A stretch of DNA of 64,000 bases from Anaerolineales bacterium (lineage in GTDB: Bacteria; Chloroflexota; Anaerolineae; Anaerolineales; UBA11579): positions 5,262 through 69,261 of the forward strand of contig JAHBVB010000001.1 of the NCBI GenBank assembly GCA_019637805.1. The letters run 5' to 3'. Each line of letters begins with the position of its first letter. Position 1 is the first letter of the stretch. Positions 33,716-42,195 of the stretch are shown piece by piece. The position numbers and the translations under genes are program-made. The notes beneath the pieces were generated by a model, which made no database searches, was not told where the DNA came from, and saw nothing but the letters and a program-made list of their open reading frames with translations.

Positions 33716-34841
33716 CATGCCGCGCTCGCTGTCCTGCCTCGTGGCGCTGGGCCTGCTGGCCGTGCTGGCCTTTGTAGGTTTCTTTGCCTTCAACGGCCTG
33801 ATCGCCCGGACCGAAAATCACTTCGGCCCGCCAGCGGCCGGGCTGAGCAGCCTGCAGCGCACACGCCTGGGCCTGGAGTTGGGTTGGCGAGCCGATGCCC
33901 TGCTGCGCCCCGTGGATCCGGGCGCCCAGCCGGTGCGGTTTGACATCGCCCTGGGCGAACCCACCCTTCAGTTGGTCAATCGCCTGCAAGACGCCGGACT
34001 GGTACGCGAAGCCGGCTTGTTCTCGAGCTATCTAGTCTACAGCGGGCTGGACACGCAGCTGCAAGCGGGCAGCTACCAACTCAGCCCGGCCATGAACGCC
34101 CCGGAACTGGCCGCCGCCCTGCTCGACCCCACGCCGGGGTCGGTCACGCTGGTGGTCCTGCCCGGCTGGCGGCTGGAGGAGATCGCCGCCAGTCTGCCCA
34201 GCGCCGGGGTGGCCTTCAGCCCTGAAGACTTTTTGCGGGCGGCTTGGACGCCGCCCGCCAGCCTGCCGCTGCCCGCCGGTCTGCCCAGCGGCAGCAGCCT
34301 GGAAGGGTATTTGCTGCCGGGCAGCTACGAGATCCCGCGCGAACATGATGCACTGCAAACGCTGGAGCTGCTGCTCGAACAGGGCTACCAGCAAGTGCTG
34401 GACGCGGCCCTGCGCCAGGGCTTTGCCGCCCAGGGCCTCAGCGAGCACCAGGCCTTCATCCTCGCCTCGATCGTGCAGCGCGAAGCCGTGATCGCCGAGG
34501 AAATCCCGGCCATCGCGGCCGTCTTCGCCAACCGCGTGCAAATCGGTATGAAGTTGGAGGCCGACCCCACGGTGCAATATGCGGTGGGGTACGACGCGGC
34601 CCGCGGCGGCTGGTGGCCGCGCCCGCTGACCTTTAGCGATCTGGGGCTGGATTCACCGTACAACAGCTATCGTTACGAGCAGCTGCCCGGCCCGATTGCC
34701 GCGCCCAGCCTGGCGGCCCTGCAAGCGGTGGCCCAACCGCCGCAATCGCCCTATTTCTTCTTTCAGGCCGCCTGCGACGGCTCCGGCTGGCACGTATTCG
34801 CCGTCACCTATGAAGAGCACTTGAGAAATAACTGCAATTAG
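33696..34841 (+). CDS. mltG: Endolytic murein transglycosylase MltG (YceG-like)
   Basis: N-terminal TM anchor. LASIVQREA (catalytic Glu context) and SPYNSYRYEQLPGPIAAPS. Alternative start at ATG 33717, preceded by AGGCGG. Confidence 0.8.
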   Translation: MKGRRNSMPRSLSCLVALGLLAVLAFVGFFAFNGLIARTENHFGPPAAGLSSLQRTRLGLELGWRADALLRPVDPGAQPVRFDIALGEPTLQLVNRLQDAGLVREAGLFSSYLVYSGLDTQLQAGSYQLSPAMNAPELAAALLDPTPGSVTLVVLPGWRLEEIAASLPSAGVAFSPEDFLRAAWTPPASLPLPAGLPSGSSLEGYLLPGSYEIPREHDALQTLELLLEQGYQQVLDAALRQGFAAQGLSEHQAFILASIVQREAVIAEEIPAIAAVFANRVQIGMKLEADPTVQYAVGYDAARGGWWPRPLTFSDLGLDSPYNSYRYEQLPGPIAAPSLAALQAVAQPPQSPYFFFQAACDGSGWHVFAVTYEEHLRNNCN

Positions 34842-34857
34842 CCAGGGTCAACCGCGG

Positions 34858-34863
34858 TAAACT
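34858..34863 (+). promoter_or_regulatory. -10-like hexamer TAAACT, 6 nt upstream of the ATG (leaderless candidate)
   Basis: TAAACT at 34858-34863, spacer ACTCGC, ATG at 34870. No SD. Confidence 0.3.
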
Positions 34864-34869
34864 ACTCGC

Positions 34870-36285
34870 ATGACACCTCAAGGGCTGCCTGAATCCAAAG
34901 AATTACGCGTATACGACAGCATCATGGGCGCCATTGGCAATACGCCGCTGGTGCGCCTGAGCAAACTGGCCAAGCAATTGCCTGTGCCGCTGTATGCCAA
35001 AGTGGAGTTCATTAATCCCGGCGGCTCGGTCAAAGACCGCATTGGCGTCACCATCATCGATTCGGCGGAGCAGCAGGGGCTGCTTAAGCCGGGTGGCACA
35101 GTCGTGGAGGCCACTTCGGGCAACACTGGCGTCGGCTTGGCCATCGTGTGCGCCATCCGCGGCTACAAGTCGGTCTTCGTCATGCCAGACAAGATGAGCC
35201 AGGAGAAGATCCAGCTGCTGCGCGCCTTTGGCGCCAAAGTGGTCATCACCCCCACAGCGGTGGCCCCCGAAGACCCGCGTTCGTATTACCGTGTCGCCGA
35301 ACGCCTGGCCAAAGAGACCCCCAATGCCATCCTGGCCAACCAATACCACAACCCGGACAACCCGCGCAGCCATTATGAGACCACCGGCCCCGAAATTTGG
35401 GAGCAGACCGGCGGCAAGGTCACCGATGTGATCATCGGCATGGGCACCGGCGGCACCTACAGCGGCGTGGGCAAATATTTGAAAGAGCAGAACCCCAAGG
35501 TGCGTATTGTGGGTGTCGATGTGGAAGGCTCGATCCTCAAAGAGATCTGGGAGAACCACGGCCAGATCCCGGAAGGCGTCGAAGCCATCACCTACAAAGT
35601 CGAGGGCATTGGCGAAGATTTCCTGCCTTCCACCAGCGACCTCTCCCAACTGGACGCGATCGTGCGCGTCAACGACAAAGAATCTTTCACCTGGGCGCGG
35701 CGCCTGGTGGCGGAAGAAGGCATCTTTGCCGGCGGCTCCGCCGGCTCGGCGCTGGCCGGCGCCATGCGCTACTGCGCCGGGCTGGAAGCAGGCAGCCTGG
35801 CTGTGGTGCTGCTTCCAGACTCCGGCTCGCGCTACCTCTCCAAGTTCTTCGATGACAAGTGGATGCGCGAGAACGGCTTCCTCGAATCCGAGTGGAGCGA
35901 AGCCTCTCTGCGCGAAGCCCTGGCCGCCAAGAATATTTCGCAGCTCATCGCCGCTTCAGCACAGGACACCATCAGCGCAGTCGTCGCCCAGATGAAAGAA
36001 TACGGCATTTCGCAGCTGCCCGTGCTCAACGCCGAAGAAGATGTAGCCGGCCTGGTGCGTGAGGGCGACCTGCTGACCTTCCTGCTGGATGGCAAGAACG
36101 AGCGCCCCGGCGAGCAGCCCATCGAAAGCCTGCTGCAGCCCGCTCCGCCCAGCCTCTCGGCCGAGATGGTCCTGGGCGATGCAATGAGCGAACTGCTGAC
36201 GCATGGCGCCATCCTGGTCACTGACGGCGGCAAGCCGATCGGCATTCTGACCAAGATCGACGTGCTGGACTTCATCCAGCGCTAG
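34870..36285 (+). CDS. Cystathionine beta-synthase-type enzyme (PLP CysK-fold + tandem CBS domains)
   Basis: PLP-lysine context NPGGSVKDRI, SGNTG loop, GTGGT, then about 130 aa of C-terminal CBS-pair (..ISQLPVL...GILTKIDVLDFI). Confidence 0.8.
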   Translation: MTPQGLPESKELRVYDSIMGAIGNTPLVRLSKLAKQLPVPLYAKVEFINPGGSVKDRIGVTIIDSAEQQGLLKPGGTVVEATSGNTGVGLAIVCAIRGYKSVFVMPDKMSQEKIQLLRAFGAKVVITPTAVAPEDPRSYYRVAERLAKETPNAILANQYHNPDNPRSHYETTGPEIWEQTGGKVTDVIIGMGTGGTYSGVGKYLKEQNPKVRIVGVDVEGSILKEIWENHGQIPEGVEAITYKVEGIGEDFLPSTSDLSQLDAIVRVNDKESFTWARRLVAEEGIFAGGSAGSALAGAMRYCAGLEAGSLAVVLLPDSGSRYLSKFFDDKWMRENGFLESEWSEASLREALAAKNISQLIAASAQDTISAVVAQMKEYGISQLPVLNAEEDVAGLVREGDLLTFLLDGKNERPGEQPIESLLQPAPPSLSAEMVLGDAMSELLTHGAILVTDGGKPIGILTKIDVLDFIQR

Positions 36286-36295
36286 GGGACGCGCC

Positions 36296-37135
36296 ATGGC
36301 GCACAACCTGCCCCAACTGCAAATCCTGCCCACCGCATCGCTCACGCCACACGAGTGGCATGACGACCAGCGCGCCAAGCCGCTGGTGGATCGCTTACGC
36401 GCCAGCGGCGTGCTGCGCAATCCGCCCATCGTCACGCCCCTGGCCGACGGCTCGGGACGTTACATGGTGCTGGACGGCGCCAACCGCAGCACGGCCTTCC
36501 GCCAAATGGGCTTGCCGCACATCCTGGCCCAGGTGGTCGCCCCGAATGATCCAGGCCTGGACCTGCACACGTGGAACCATGTCCTCTGGGGTTGGGATGC
36601 CGCCGAATTTTTGAAAACGCTGGCCGGCATCGAAGACACCCGCATGCAGGAGATAGACCCCACCGTGCGCCGCCCGCAGTCGCGCTGGCCGATAAAAACG
36701 CTGGTGTGGGTGCAGACGCCAGACGGCAAAGCGCACATCGTGCGCAGCCAGCCGGACGACCTAGCCGGGCGCTCACGCCGCCTGGTGGAAGTAGCCCGGG
36801 CCTACATGGGCAAAGCCACCCTGGACCGCACTACGGCCCAGCAGGTCTCGCAGCTGGGCGACAAATACGCAGAGCTGACCGCCATCGTGGTCTACCCACC
36901 CTATACACCGGGAGAAGTTTTGGAACTGTGCGCCGCCGGCATTCTGCTGCCGCCGGGCATCACGCGCTTTACGATCTCGCCGCGCGGCCTGCGCGTCAAC
37001 TACCCGCTGGACGAGCTCTCCGCTGACCGGCCGATCGAGGCCAAGAACGCTGCTTTGGAGCGCTGGATCAGCGAGCGGATTGCACGCAAAGGTGTGCGCT
37101 ATTACGCCGAGCCCACCGTGCTCTATGACGAGTAA
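36296..37135 (+). CDS. ParB/Srx-fold protein, SerK/SbnI-like (putative free L-serine kinase)
   Basis: LQILPTASLTPHEW...NPPIVTPL..GRYMVLDGANRSTAF is a ParB-N-like core. The C-terminal LPPGITRFTISPRGLRVNYPL...YYAEPTVLYDE resembles, from memory, the SbnI/SerK layout. No DNA-binding HTH is evident. Confidence 0.45.
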   Translation: MAHNLPQLQILPTASLTPHEWHDDQRAKPLVDRLRASGVLRNPPIVTPLADGSGRYMVLDGANRSTAFRQMGLPHILAQVVAPNDPGLDLHTWNHVLWGWDAAEFLKTLAGIEDTRMQEIDPTVRRPQSRWPIKTLVWVQTPDGKAHIVRSQPDDLAGRSRRLVEVARAYMGKATLDRTTAQQVSQLGDKYAELTAIVVYPPYTPGEVLELCAAGILLPPGITRFTISPRGLRVNYPLDELSADRPIEAKNAALERWISERIARKGVRYYAEPTVLYDE

Positions 37136-37158
37136 TCAGCGCTTAGCGAGGCGGTTAT

Positions 37159-37556
37159 TTATCCTTCTTTTTTGAGCTGCTGGGCAATCATTAAATTGTA
37201 GCCATCCAAATCACTGGCATTGAAGGCTCGTTCACCCCAATCACGGGTTTCGATTTCTTTGGTGATCAGCGCACCGCTGTCTTGGGCCGCTTTGTAGATT
37301 GCGTCGATGTTCAAGCCCTCGCCCAGGTTGATATAGATCTGCACACCGGTGCCGCGCTTGGACATATCCGCAGGGCGACAAAGCCCTCCGTGATACCCAG
37401 CAGTATCTCGGCATCTCCCAGCTTTACGCCAGCAAATTCGACTTGACCTTTGTCGGTAGGCGGCATTTGCCAGGCCAGTTCAACCCTTAATGTTTGTGTG
37501 TAATACTTAATCGCCGCCGCGACGTCTTCGCAGGCAAGAATAGGTGAGAGTGGCAC
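37159..37556 (-). pseudogene. Frameshifted VOC/glyoxalase-bleomycin-resistance family gene
   Basis: Two overlapping minus-strand ORFs (37556-37311 and 37365-37159) together give one ~130-aa VOC protein (..LGDAEILLGITEGFV | ..MSKRGTGVQIYINLGEGLNIDAIY..RDWGERAFNASDLDGYNLMIAQ). The frames switch within about 37365-37390. Confidence 0.6.
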
Positions 37557-37565
37557 CGATCCCCT

Positions 37566-37916
37566 TTATCCCGGCGTGCCACCCAGGGTTTTGTCGTCGC
37601 GTAAACGCCGCTTGGTATCTTCTTCTTCCAGGGCGCTCCAGTCGGTATTCTTGCCGCCCAGGAATGCTTTAAGAAAAATGTGGATCGATTCGACGCGGTC
37701 CGTGTATTGCTCCAAATCTTCGCGCTCGATCACGATCCGGGCCGCTTCACGCAGCGTGGCCCCAGTCGATTCCTCTTTGAATTCCTTGATGACCTTGTCA
37801 AGAAAATCGGTGAACTCCGCCGAGCTGGTCTCCAAACCGCCGATGGCGTGGCCCATGCCTTCAGAAGCGGCATCCATCGCGTCCTGGCTTTTGTCCTTCT
37901 TCTCGTTTTCGGGCAT
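37566..37916 (-). CDS. Hypothetical acidic protein
   Basis: 116 aa from ATG 37916. GGAGG (minus strand, 37927-37923) lies 6 nt upstream. Helical, E/D/K-rich, no motif. Preferred over the antisense ORF 37576-37929. Confidence 0.45.
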   Translation of the reverse strand: MPENEKKDKSQDAMDAASEGMGHAIGGLETSSAEFTDFLDKVIKEFKEESTGATLREAARIVIEREDLEQYTDRVESIHIFLKAFLGGKNTDWSALEEEDTKRRLRDDKTLGGTPG

Positions 37917-37931
37917 CACAACCTCCTAGGG

Positions 37932-39071
37932 TTAGCTCAGCGCCTGCTCCAGATCCGTAATCAAGTCATCCACATGCTCTAGGCCGACAGACAGGCGCAC
38001 CAGGCTGGGGCTGACCTCCAGCGGAGAACCGGCAGTGGACAGGTGAGTCATCGCCGCCGGCACTTCGATCAGCGATTCGACACCGCCCAGCGACTCAGCC
38101 AATGTGAAAATGCGCGTGCGCTCCACCATCTTGCGGGCGGCGGCTTCACCGCCTGCTATCTCAAACGAAACCATGCCGCCGCCATTACGCATCTGGCGGC
38201 GCGCCAGCGCTTGCTGTGGGTGAGAGCTGTGGAAGGGATAGTACAACTGGCTGACCTTGGGATGGTCGGCCAAAAAGGCCGCCACGGCTTGCGCATTGGC
38301 CGCATGGCGGTCCATGCGCAAGTGCAGCGTCTTCAGGCCGCGCAGGATCAGGAAACAGTCCATCGGCCCGGGTACAGCGCCGGCCGCGTTCTGCAAGAAT
38401 GCCAGGCGTTCCGCCAGGGTTTGATCATTCAAAGCGATCAAGCCCAAGACCGAGTCAGAGTGGCCGCCCAGGTACTTGGTGGCAGAGTGCAGCACAATAT
38501 CGGCGCCCAGCTTGAGGGGCTGCTGCAAATAGGGAGAAGCGAAAGTATTGTCCACCACCAGCAGAGGGGCATTGGGGCGCTGCTTGAGCAGCTCTGCGAT
38601 GGCAGCCAGGTCCGCCAGGCGCAGGTAGGGGTTGGTCGGCGTTTCCAGCCAGACCATGCGCGTCTTATCGCTCAGCGCGGCGTCCACCGCGGCCGGGTCG
38701 GTCGCATCCATATAGCGAAACACCAGCCCAAAGCGGCGATATTCCTTGTCGAACAGGCGGAAGGTGCCGCCGTACACATCGCCGCCCACCAGCACTTCAT
38801 CGCCGGGGGAAAGCGTGCGAATGATGGTGTCGGTGGCGGCCAGACCAGAGCCAAACGCCAGGCCGTGGGCTGCCCCTTCTAGGGCCGCCAGGCAATCCTG
38901 CAGCGCGGTGCGCGTAGGGTTGCCGGTGCGGGAATATTCGTAGCCTTTGTGTTCGCCCACGCGCGGCTGTGCATAGGTGGAGGTCTGGTAGATCGGCGTC
39001 ATCACCGCCCCGGTTTGCGGGTCGGCGGGTTGGCCGGCATGGATGGCGAGGGTCTCGAAATGGTCGGGCAT
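37932..39071 (-). CDS. Cystathionine gamma-lyase/synthase family PLP enzyme (trans-sulfuration)
   Basis: Start moved to ATG 39071 (MPDHFETLAIHAGQ) behind GGAGGA. PLP-lysine motif HSATKYLGGHSD. C-terminal LAESLGGVESL. Confidence 0.85.
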   Translation of the reverse strand: MPDHFETLAIHAGQPADPQTGAVMTPIYQTSTYAQPRVGEHKGYEYSRTGNPTRTALQDCLAALEGAAHGLAFGSGLAATDTIIRTLSPGDEVLVGGDVYGGTFRLFDKEYRRFGLVFRYMDATDPAAVDAALSDKTRMVWLETPTNPYLRLADLAAIAELLKQRPNAPLLVVDNTFASPYLQQPLKLGADIVLHSATKYLGGHSDSVLGLIALNDQTLAERLAFLQNAAGAVPGPMDCFLILRGLKTLHLRMDRHAANAQAVAAFLADHPKVSQLYYPFHSSHPQQALARRQMRNGGGMVSFEIAGGEAAARKMVERTRIFTLAESLGGVESLIEVPAAMTHLSTAGSPLEVSPSLVRLSVGLEHVDDLITDLEQALS

Positions 39072-39200
39072 GTGTCCTCCGCAAAACATTGTAATCCACC
39101 CACTATATGTGCCGCGCAACAATAAGCCTTCTGCGTCGTTGGCGAGGCTGTGCCAATCGTGCTATGGTGCATGCTATTGCCAAACTTGAAAGGTGACCGT

Positions 39201-39941
39201 ATGAAGACAAAGTCCTTCCTAATATTGAGCGCCCTCTGCCTGCTGCTGGCAGCCTGCGGCGGCGCGGCCGCGCCGCAACCCGCCGAGGCGACCGCCGCGC
39301 AGGTCGATGAGCAGCCGCCCAGTCCGCCAAATGTGCCCCCGTTGGAAGGCGCGCAAGGCGTGGTCCTCGCCGACATCAATTGGTACCTCAATGGAGACAC
39401 GCTGGCGATGTTCGGGTTGGCGCAAAACAATGGCGCCAGCGACCTGTACGACGTGATGGTGATGGTCAGACTGCTGGACGCGGCCGGCCAGGCGGTGGAT
39501 GCCGGTTCACGCGAGTTGCCCGTGCTGGAAGCCGGTGGGCATGCCCCCTTCATTGTTACATTCCCAGCCAGCCTCGAATGGGAAGGCTATGAAGCTGTCT
39601 TCCTGGAGCTGCCTACCGGCCCCAACACCGTGCTGCAGCCGCAGGACTTTGAGATCGTCAGCGCCAGCGAAGTGCCGGGTTCGTGCCACAGCGTGCCCGG
39701 CTCGGTCTTTGACCTGGGTGTAGAGGTGAAGCAGGTTGGCGAAGTGCGCGGTGATGCCCATGAGTTGTTGGCCGCTTTGTTTGACCCGAGCGGGAACATC
39801 ATCGCCGTCTCCGCCGCCTGGATCTGCGCCGAAACGGACGACAGCATCCTCTTCGAGATCAGCGTAGGCCCGGCGGAGATCGCCGAAGGAGAGATCGACA
39901 GCTACCAGCTGTTCGTTTACGGCTACATACTTGGAGGCTAA
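39201..39941 (+). CDS. FxLYD-domain lipoprotein
   Basis: Start ATG 39201. Lipobox LLLAAC|GG. ASDLYDVMVMVRLLDAAGQAV matches the FxLYD-type beta-sandwich motif, and a second similar module follows. Confidence 0.6.
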   Translation: MKTKSFLILSALCLLLAACGGAAAPQPAEATAAQVDEQPPSPPNVPPLEGAQGVVLADINWYLNGDTLAMFGLAQNNGASDLYDVMVMVRLLDAAGQAVDAGSRELPVLEAGGHAPFIVTFPASLEWEGYEAVFLELPTGPNTVLQPQDFEIVSASEVPGSCHSVPGSVFDLGVEVKQVGEVRGDAHELLAALFDPSGNIIAVSAAWICAETDDSILFEISVGPAEIAEGEIDSYQLFVYGYILGG

Positions 39942-39947
39942 AAAATA

Positions 39948-39984
39948 AACAGAGAAGCCGCCCGATGTGGGCGGCTTCTCTGTT
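39948..39984 (+). terminator. Intrinsic-terminator-like hairpin after the lipoprotein gene
   Basis: 16-bp stem AACAGAGAAGCCGCCC (39948-39963) / GGGCGGCTTCTCTGTT (39969-39984), loop GATGT. Weak T tail. Confidence 0.6.
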
Positions 39985-40010
39985 AGCACCGGCCAGCCGT
40001 GCGCTCAAGC

Positions 40011-40016
40011 TATAAT
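40011..40016 (+). promoter_or_regulatory. -10 hexamer TATAAT, 7 nt upstream of the ATG (leaderless candidate)
   Basis: TATAAT at 40011-40016, spacer CCCTAGT, ATG at 40024. No SD. Confidence 0.4.
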
Positions 40017-40023
40017 CCCTAGT

Positions 40024-40446
40024 ATGTCGGACATCTTCTTTACCAGCCTGGACGAAGCCCCGCTGCCCCCGGATGAAGTGCGCATTCGCCAACTAACCGC
40101 CCAGCCACGCCCCGACGGCGGGCGGGTGAACGTCAAGTTTGCGCTGACCCCGTTCCAGAAACGCCCTAACCTCGAAATCGATATCCTGAACTCCATCGAC
40201 CAGCCAGTCTCCAACCTCAGCGTGGTCGAAGCGATTGACACCGAAATGGAATTCACCATGCACTTGCGAGAAGCCCAGCCAGGCGGCCAATACCGCCTGC
40301 AGATGCAGGTCTTCTATGCAGACGTAGAAGGCAACGCTCTGCAGGAAGGCGAAACATCCTCTTCCGGCGAGATCTTGCAGCGCGCCCGCTATGTAGTGGA
40401 CCGGCGCCAAATCGAATTTGAGGTACCTACCGGAGCCAGGAACTGA
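40024..40446 (+). CDS. Hypothetical protein
   Basis: 140 aa from ATG 40024 (MSDIFFTSLDEAPLPPDEVRI...). Coding-like composition, no motif recognised. Confidence 0.45.
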   Translation: MSDIFFTSLDEAPLPPDEVRIRQLTAQPRPDGGRVNVKFALTPFQKRPNLEIDILNSIDQPVSNLSVVEAIDTEMEFTMHLREAQPGGQYRLQMQVFYADVEGNALQEGETSSSGEILQRARYVVDRRQIEFEVPTGARN

Positions 40447-40494
40447 GGCGATCCCGCCTGAGTCCCATCGCCCGCTCCATCCTCCTTCCCGCAC

Positions 40495-42195
40495 ATGAGC
40501 AGAGATTCTGATATCGCTCCCCCGCGCACCGGCCTGCGCCGTTTCTCCTTCGCCATTCTGGCCGGCAGCACCTTCCTTCTGCTGGCCATGGCCTGGCCCG
40601 CTCTGGCCCAAAGTGATTTGGCGCAGGCGGCCAGCCCCACACCCGAGCCCAGCCTCAGCACAATCGCCCCAACAGACACACCAGCCATCCCACCCCCAGC
40701 CACAATCGCCGCCACATCAAGCAGCTTGGGCGGATTGGCGCAGGGCAGCATCCTGCTCGGCCTCAACGCCGCCGGGTATCAGCAGCTCGCCTGGTATCAG
40801 CCCGGGGCGGCCCAGCTCTCCGGCTTGTCCGCCGGCGACTGGGATGATGCGCAGCCAGCCGCCAGTCCCAGCGGGGGCCAGCTGGCCTTCACTTCCAACC
40901 GCAGCGGCAACTGGGATCTTTACCTGATGGAGCTGAGCAGCGGACAAACCAACCGCCTGAGCGATGACGCCGCCTACGACGGCAACCCCAGTTGGTCGCC
41001 TGGGGGCGATTGGCTGGCCTACGAGCATGACCTGGGCGGCAATCTGGAGATCTTCATGCGGCCGCTGGACGCGTCGGTCGACCCCGTGCCCCTAAGCAAC
41101 CATGCCGCCGCGGACTTTGAGCCTGCCTGGCGGCCGGGCGAGCAGCAGATCGCGTTCGTCTCCGTGCGTAGCGGCCTGGCGCAGCTTTGGCTGTTGGATT
41201 TGGAGCACAGCGGGGCGCAGCGCTTCCAGCTGATAGCCGCCAGCCCGCGGGCGCAAGCTGCCCCGGCCTGGTCGCCAGACGGCCGCTGGTTGGCCTGGTC
41301 CGAACAAGAAGACCTGACCTGGGCCATCTACCTGCTTGACATGAGCAACCCCGGCGCGGCGCGGCGGCTTGGTGCCGGCCATAACCCGCAATGGAGCCCC
41401 TCGGGTGAAACCGTGCTGGCGGAATTGCGGGATGCCCAGCGCAGCTACCTGACGGGCTACGACCTCGATGGCGGCCTGGCGCTGGCCCCGCAGCCGCTGC
41501 CCGGCCCGCTGAATGGGCTGGCCTGGGGGCCGGCCGCCCTAGGCGCAACCTTGCAAGCCCAAGCGCAGCCCATGGCTCCAGCGGCCAGTGAGGCGATCAA
41601 CCCCAGCGCCGAGCTGAGCGCGCTGGATAGCGTGCAGGCGCCCAGTGCGCAGCTGAGCTCGGCGGCAGAGCCGGCCTTTGACCTGCTGCGCCAGCGCACG
41701 GCCCAACTGCTGGGCTGGGACGCTCTCTCCAGCCTGGACAATGCCTTTGTGCCGCTCAGCGGCTTGCTGCCGCCGGGCCGCGGGCAGGACTGGCTGTACA
41801 CCGGGCGTGCCTTTGAACTGCATGCCGCCCTGCAGCCGGCCGGCTGGCTGGCGGCGGTGCGCGAAGACTTTGCCGGCCAGACCTATTGGCGCGTTTACCT
41901 GCGCACCGCCCGCCAAGATGGCGGGCTGGGGCTGCCTCTGCTGGCGCATCCTTGGGATTTCACGCTGGGCCAACCGGCCAATGAAATCCCGCAAGGTTAT
42001 TGGATCGACTTTACTGCCCTGGCCGCCGCCCACGGTTTTGAACGCCCGGCAGCCTTGGACAACTGGCAGCGCTATTACCCGGGCACGCTCTTCAGCCAAT
42101 TCGCATATCGCCAGGGGCTCAGCTGGGAAGCAGCCATGCTGCAGCTTTACGCAGCAGACGAACTGGCCGGCCTGCTGGCCAGCGGGTCGCCATGA
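40495..42195 (+). CDS. PD40/TolB-like beta-propeller repeat protein with uncharacterised C-terminal domain
   Basis: N-terminal TM/signal, Pro/Thr/Ala linker, then repeated F.S.RSGNWDLY / P.WSPDG..LA motifs (PD40 repeats). No recognisable motif in the roughly 220-aa C-terminus. Confidence 0.65.
   Translation: MSRDSDIAPPRTGLRRFSFAILAGSTFLLLAMAWPALAQSDLAQAASPTPEPSLSTIAPTDTPAIPPPATIAATSSSLGGLAQGSILLGLNAAGYQQLAWYQPGAAQLSGLSAGDWDDAQPAASPSGGQLAFTSNRSGNWDLYLMELSSGQTNRLSDDAAYDGNPSWSPGGDWLAYEHDLGGNLEIFMRPLDASVDPVPLSNHAAADFEPAWRPGEQQIAFVSVRSGLAQLWLLDLEHSGAQRFQLIAASPRAQAAPAWSPDGRWLAWSEQEDLTWAIYLLDMSNPGAARRLGAGHNPQWSPSGETVLAELRDAQRSYLTGYDLDGGLALAPQPLPGPLNGLAWGPAALGATLQAQAQPMAPAASEAINPSAELSALDSVQAPSAQLSSAAEPAFDLLRQRTAQLLGWDALSSLDNAFVPLSGLLPPGRGQDWLYTGRAFELHAALQPAGWLAAVREDFAGQTYWRVYLRTARQDGGLGLPLLAHPWDFTLGQPANEIPQGYWIDFTALAAAHGFERPAALDNWQRYYPGTLFSQFAYRQGLSWEAAMLQLYAADELAGLLASGSP

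Noticed and set aside
37576-37929. 117-aa plus-strand ORF (MPPRVLSSRKRRLVSSSS...)
   Set aside because: The Ser/Arg-rich translation is implausible. The minus-strand ORF 37916-37566 has a GGAGG at ideal spacing and a normal helical, acidic composition. Neither has a recognised function.
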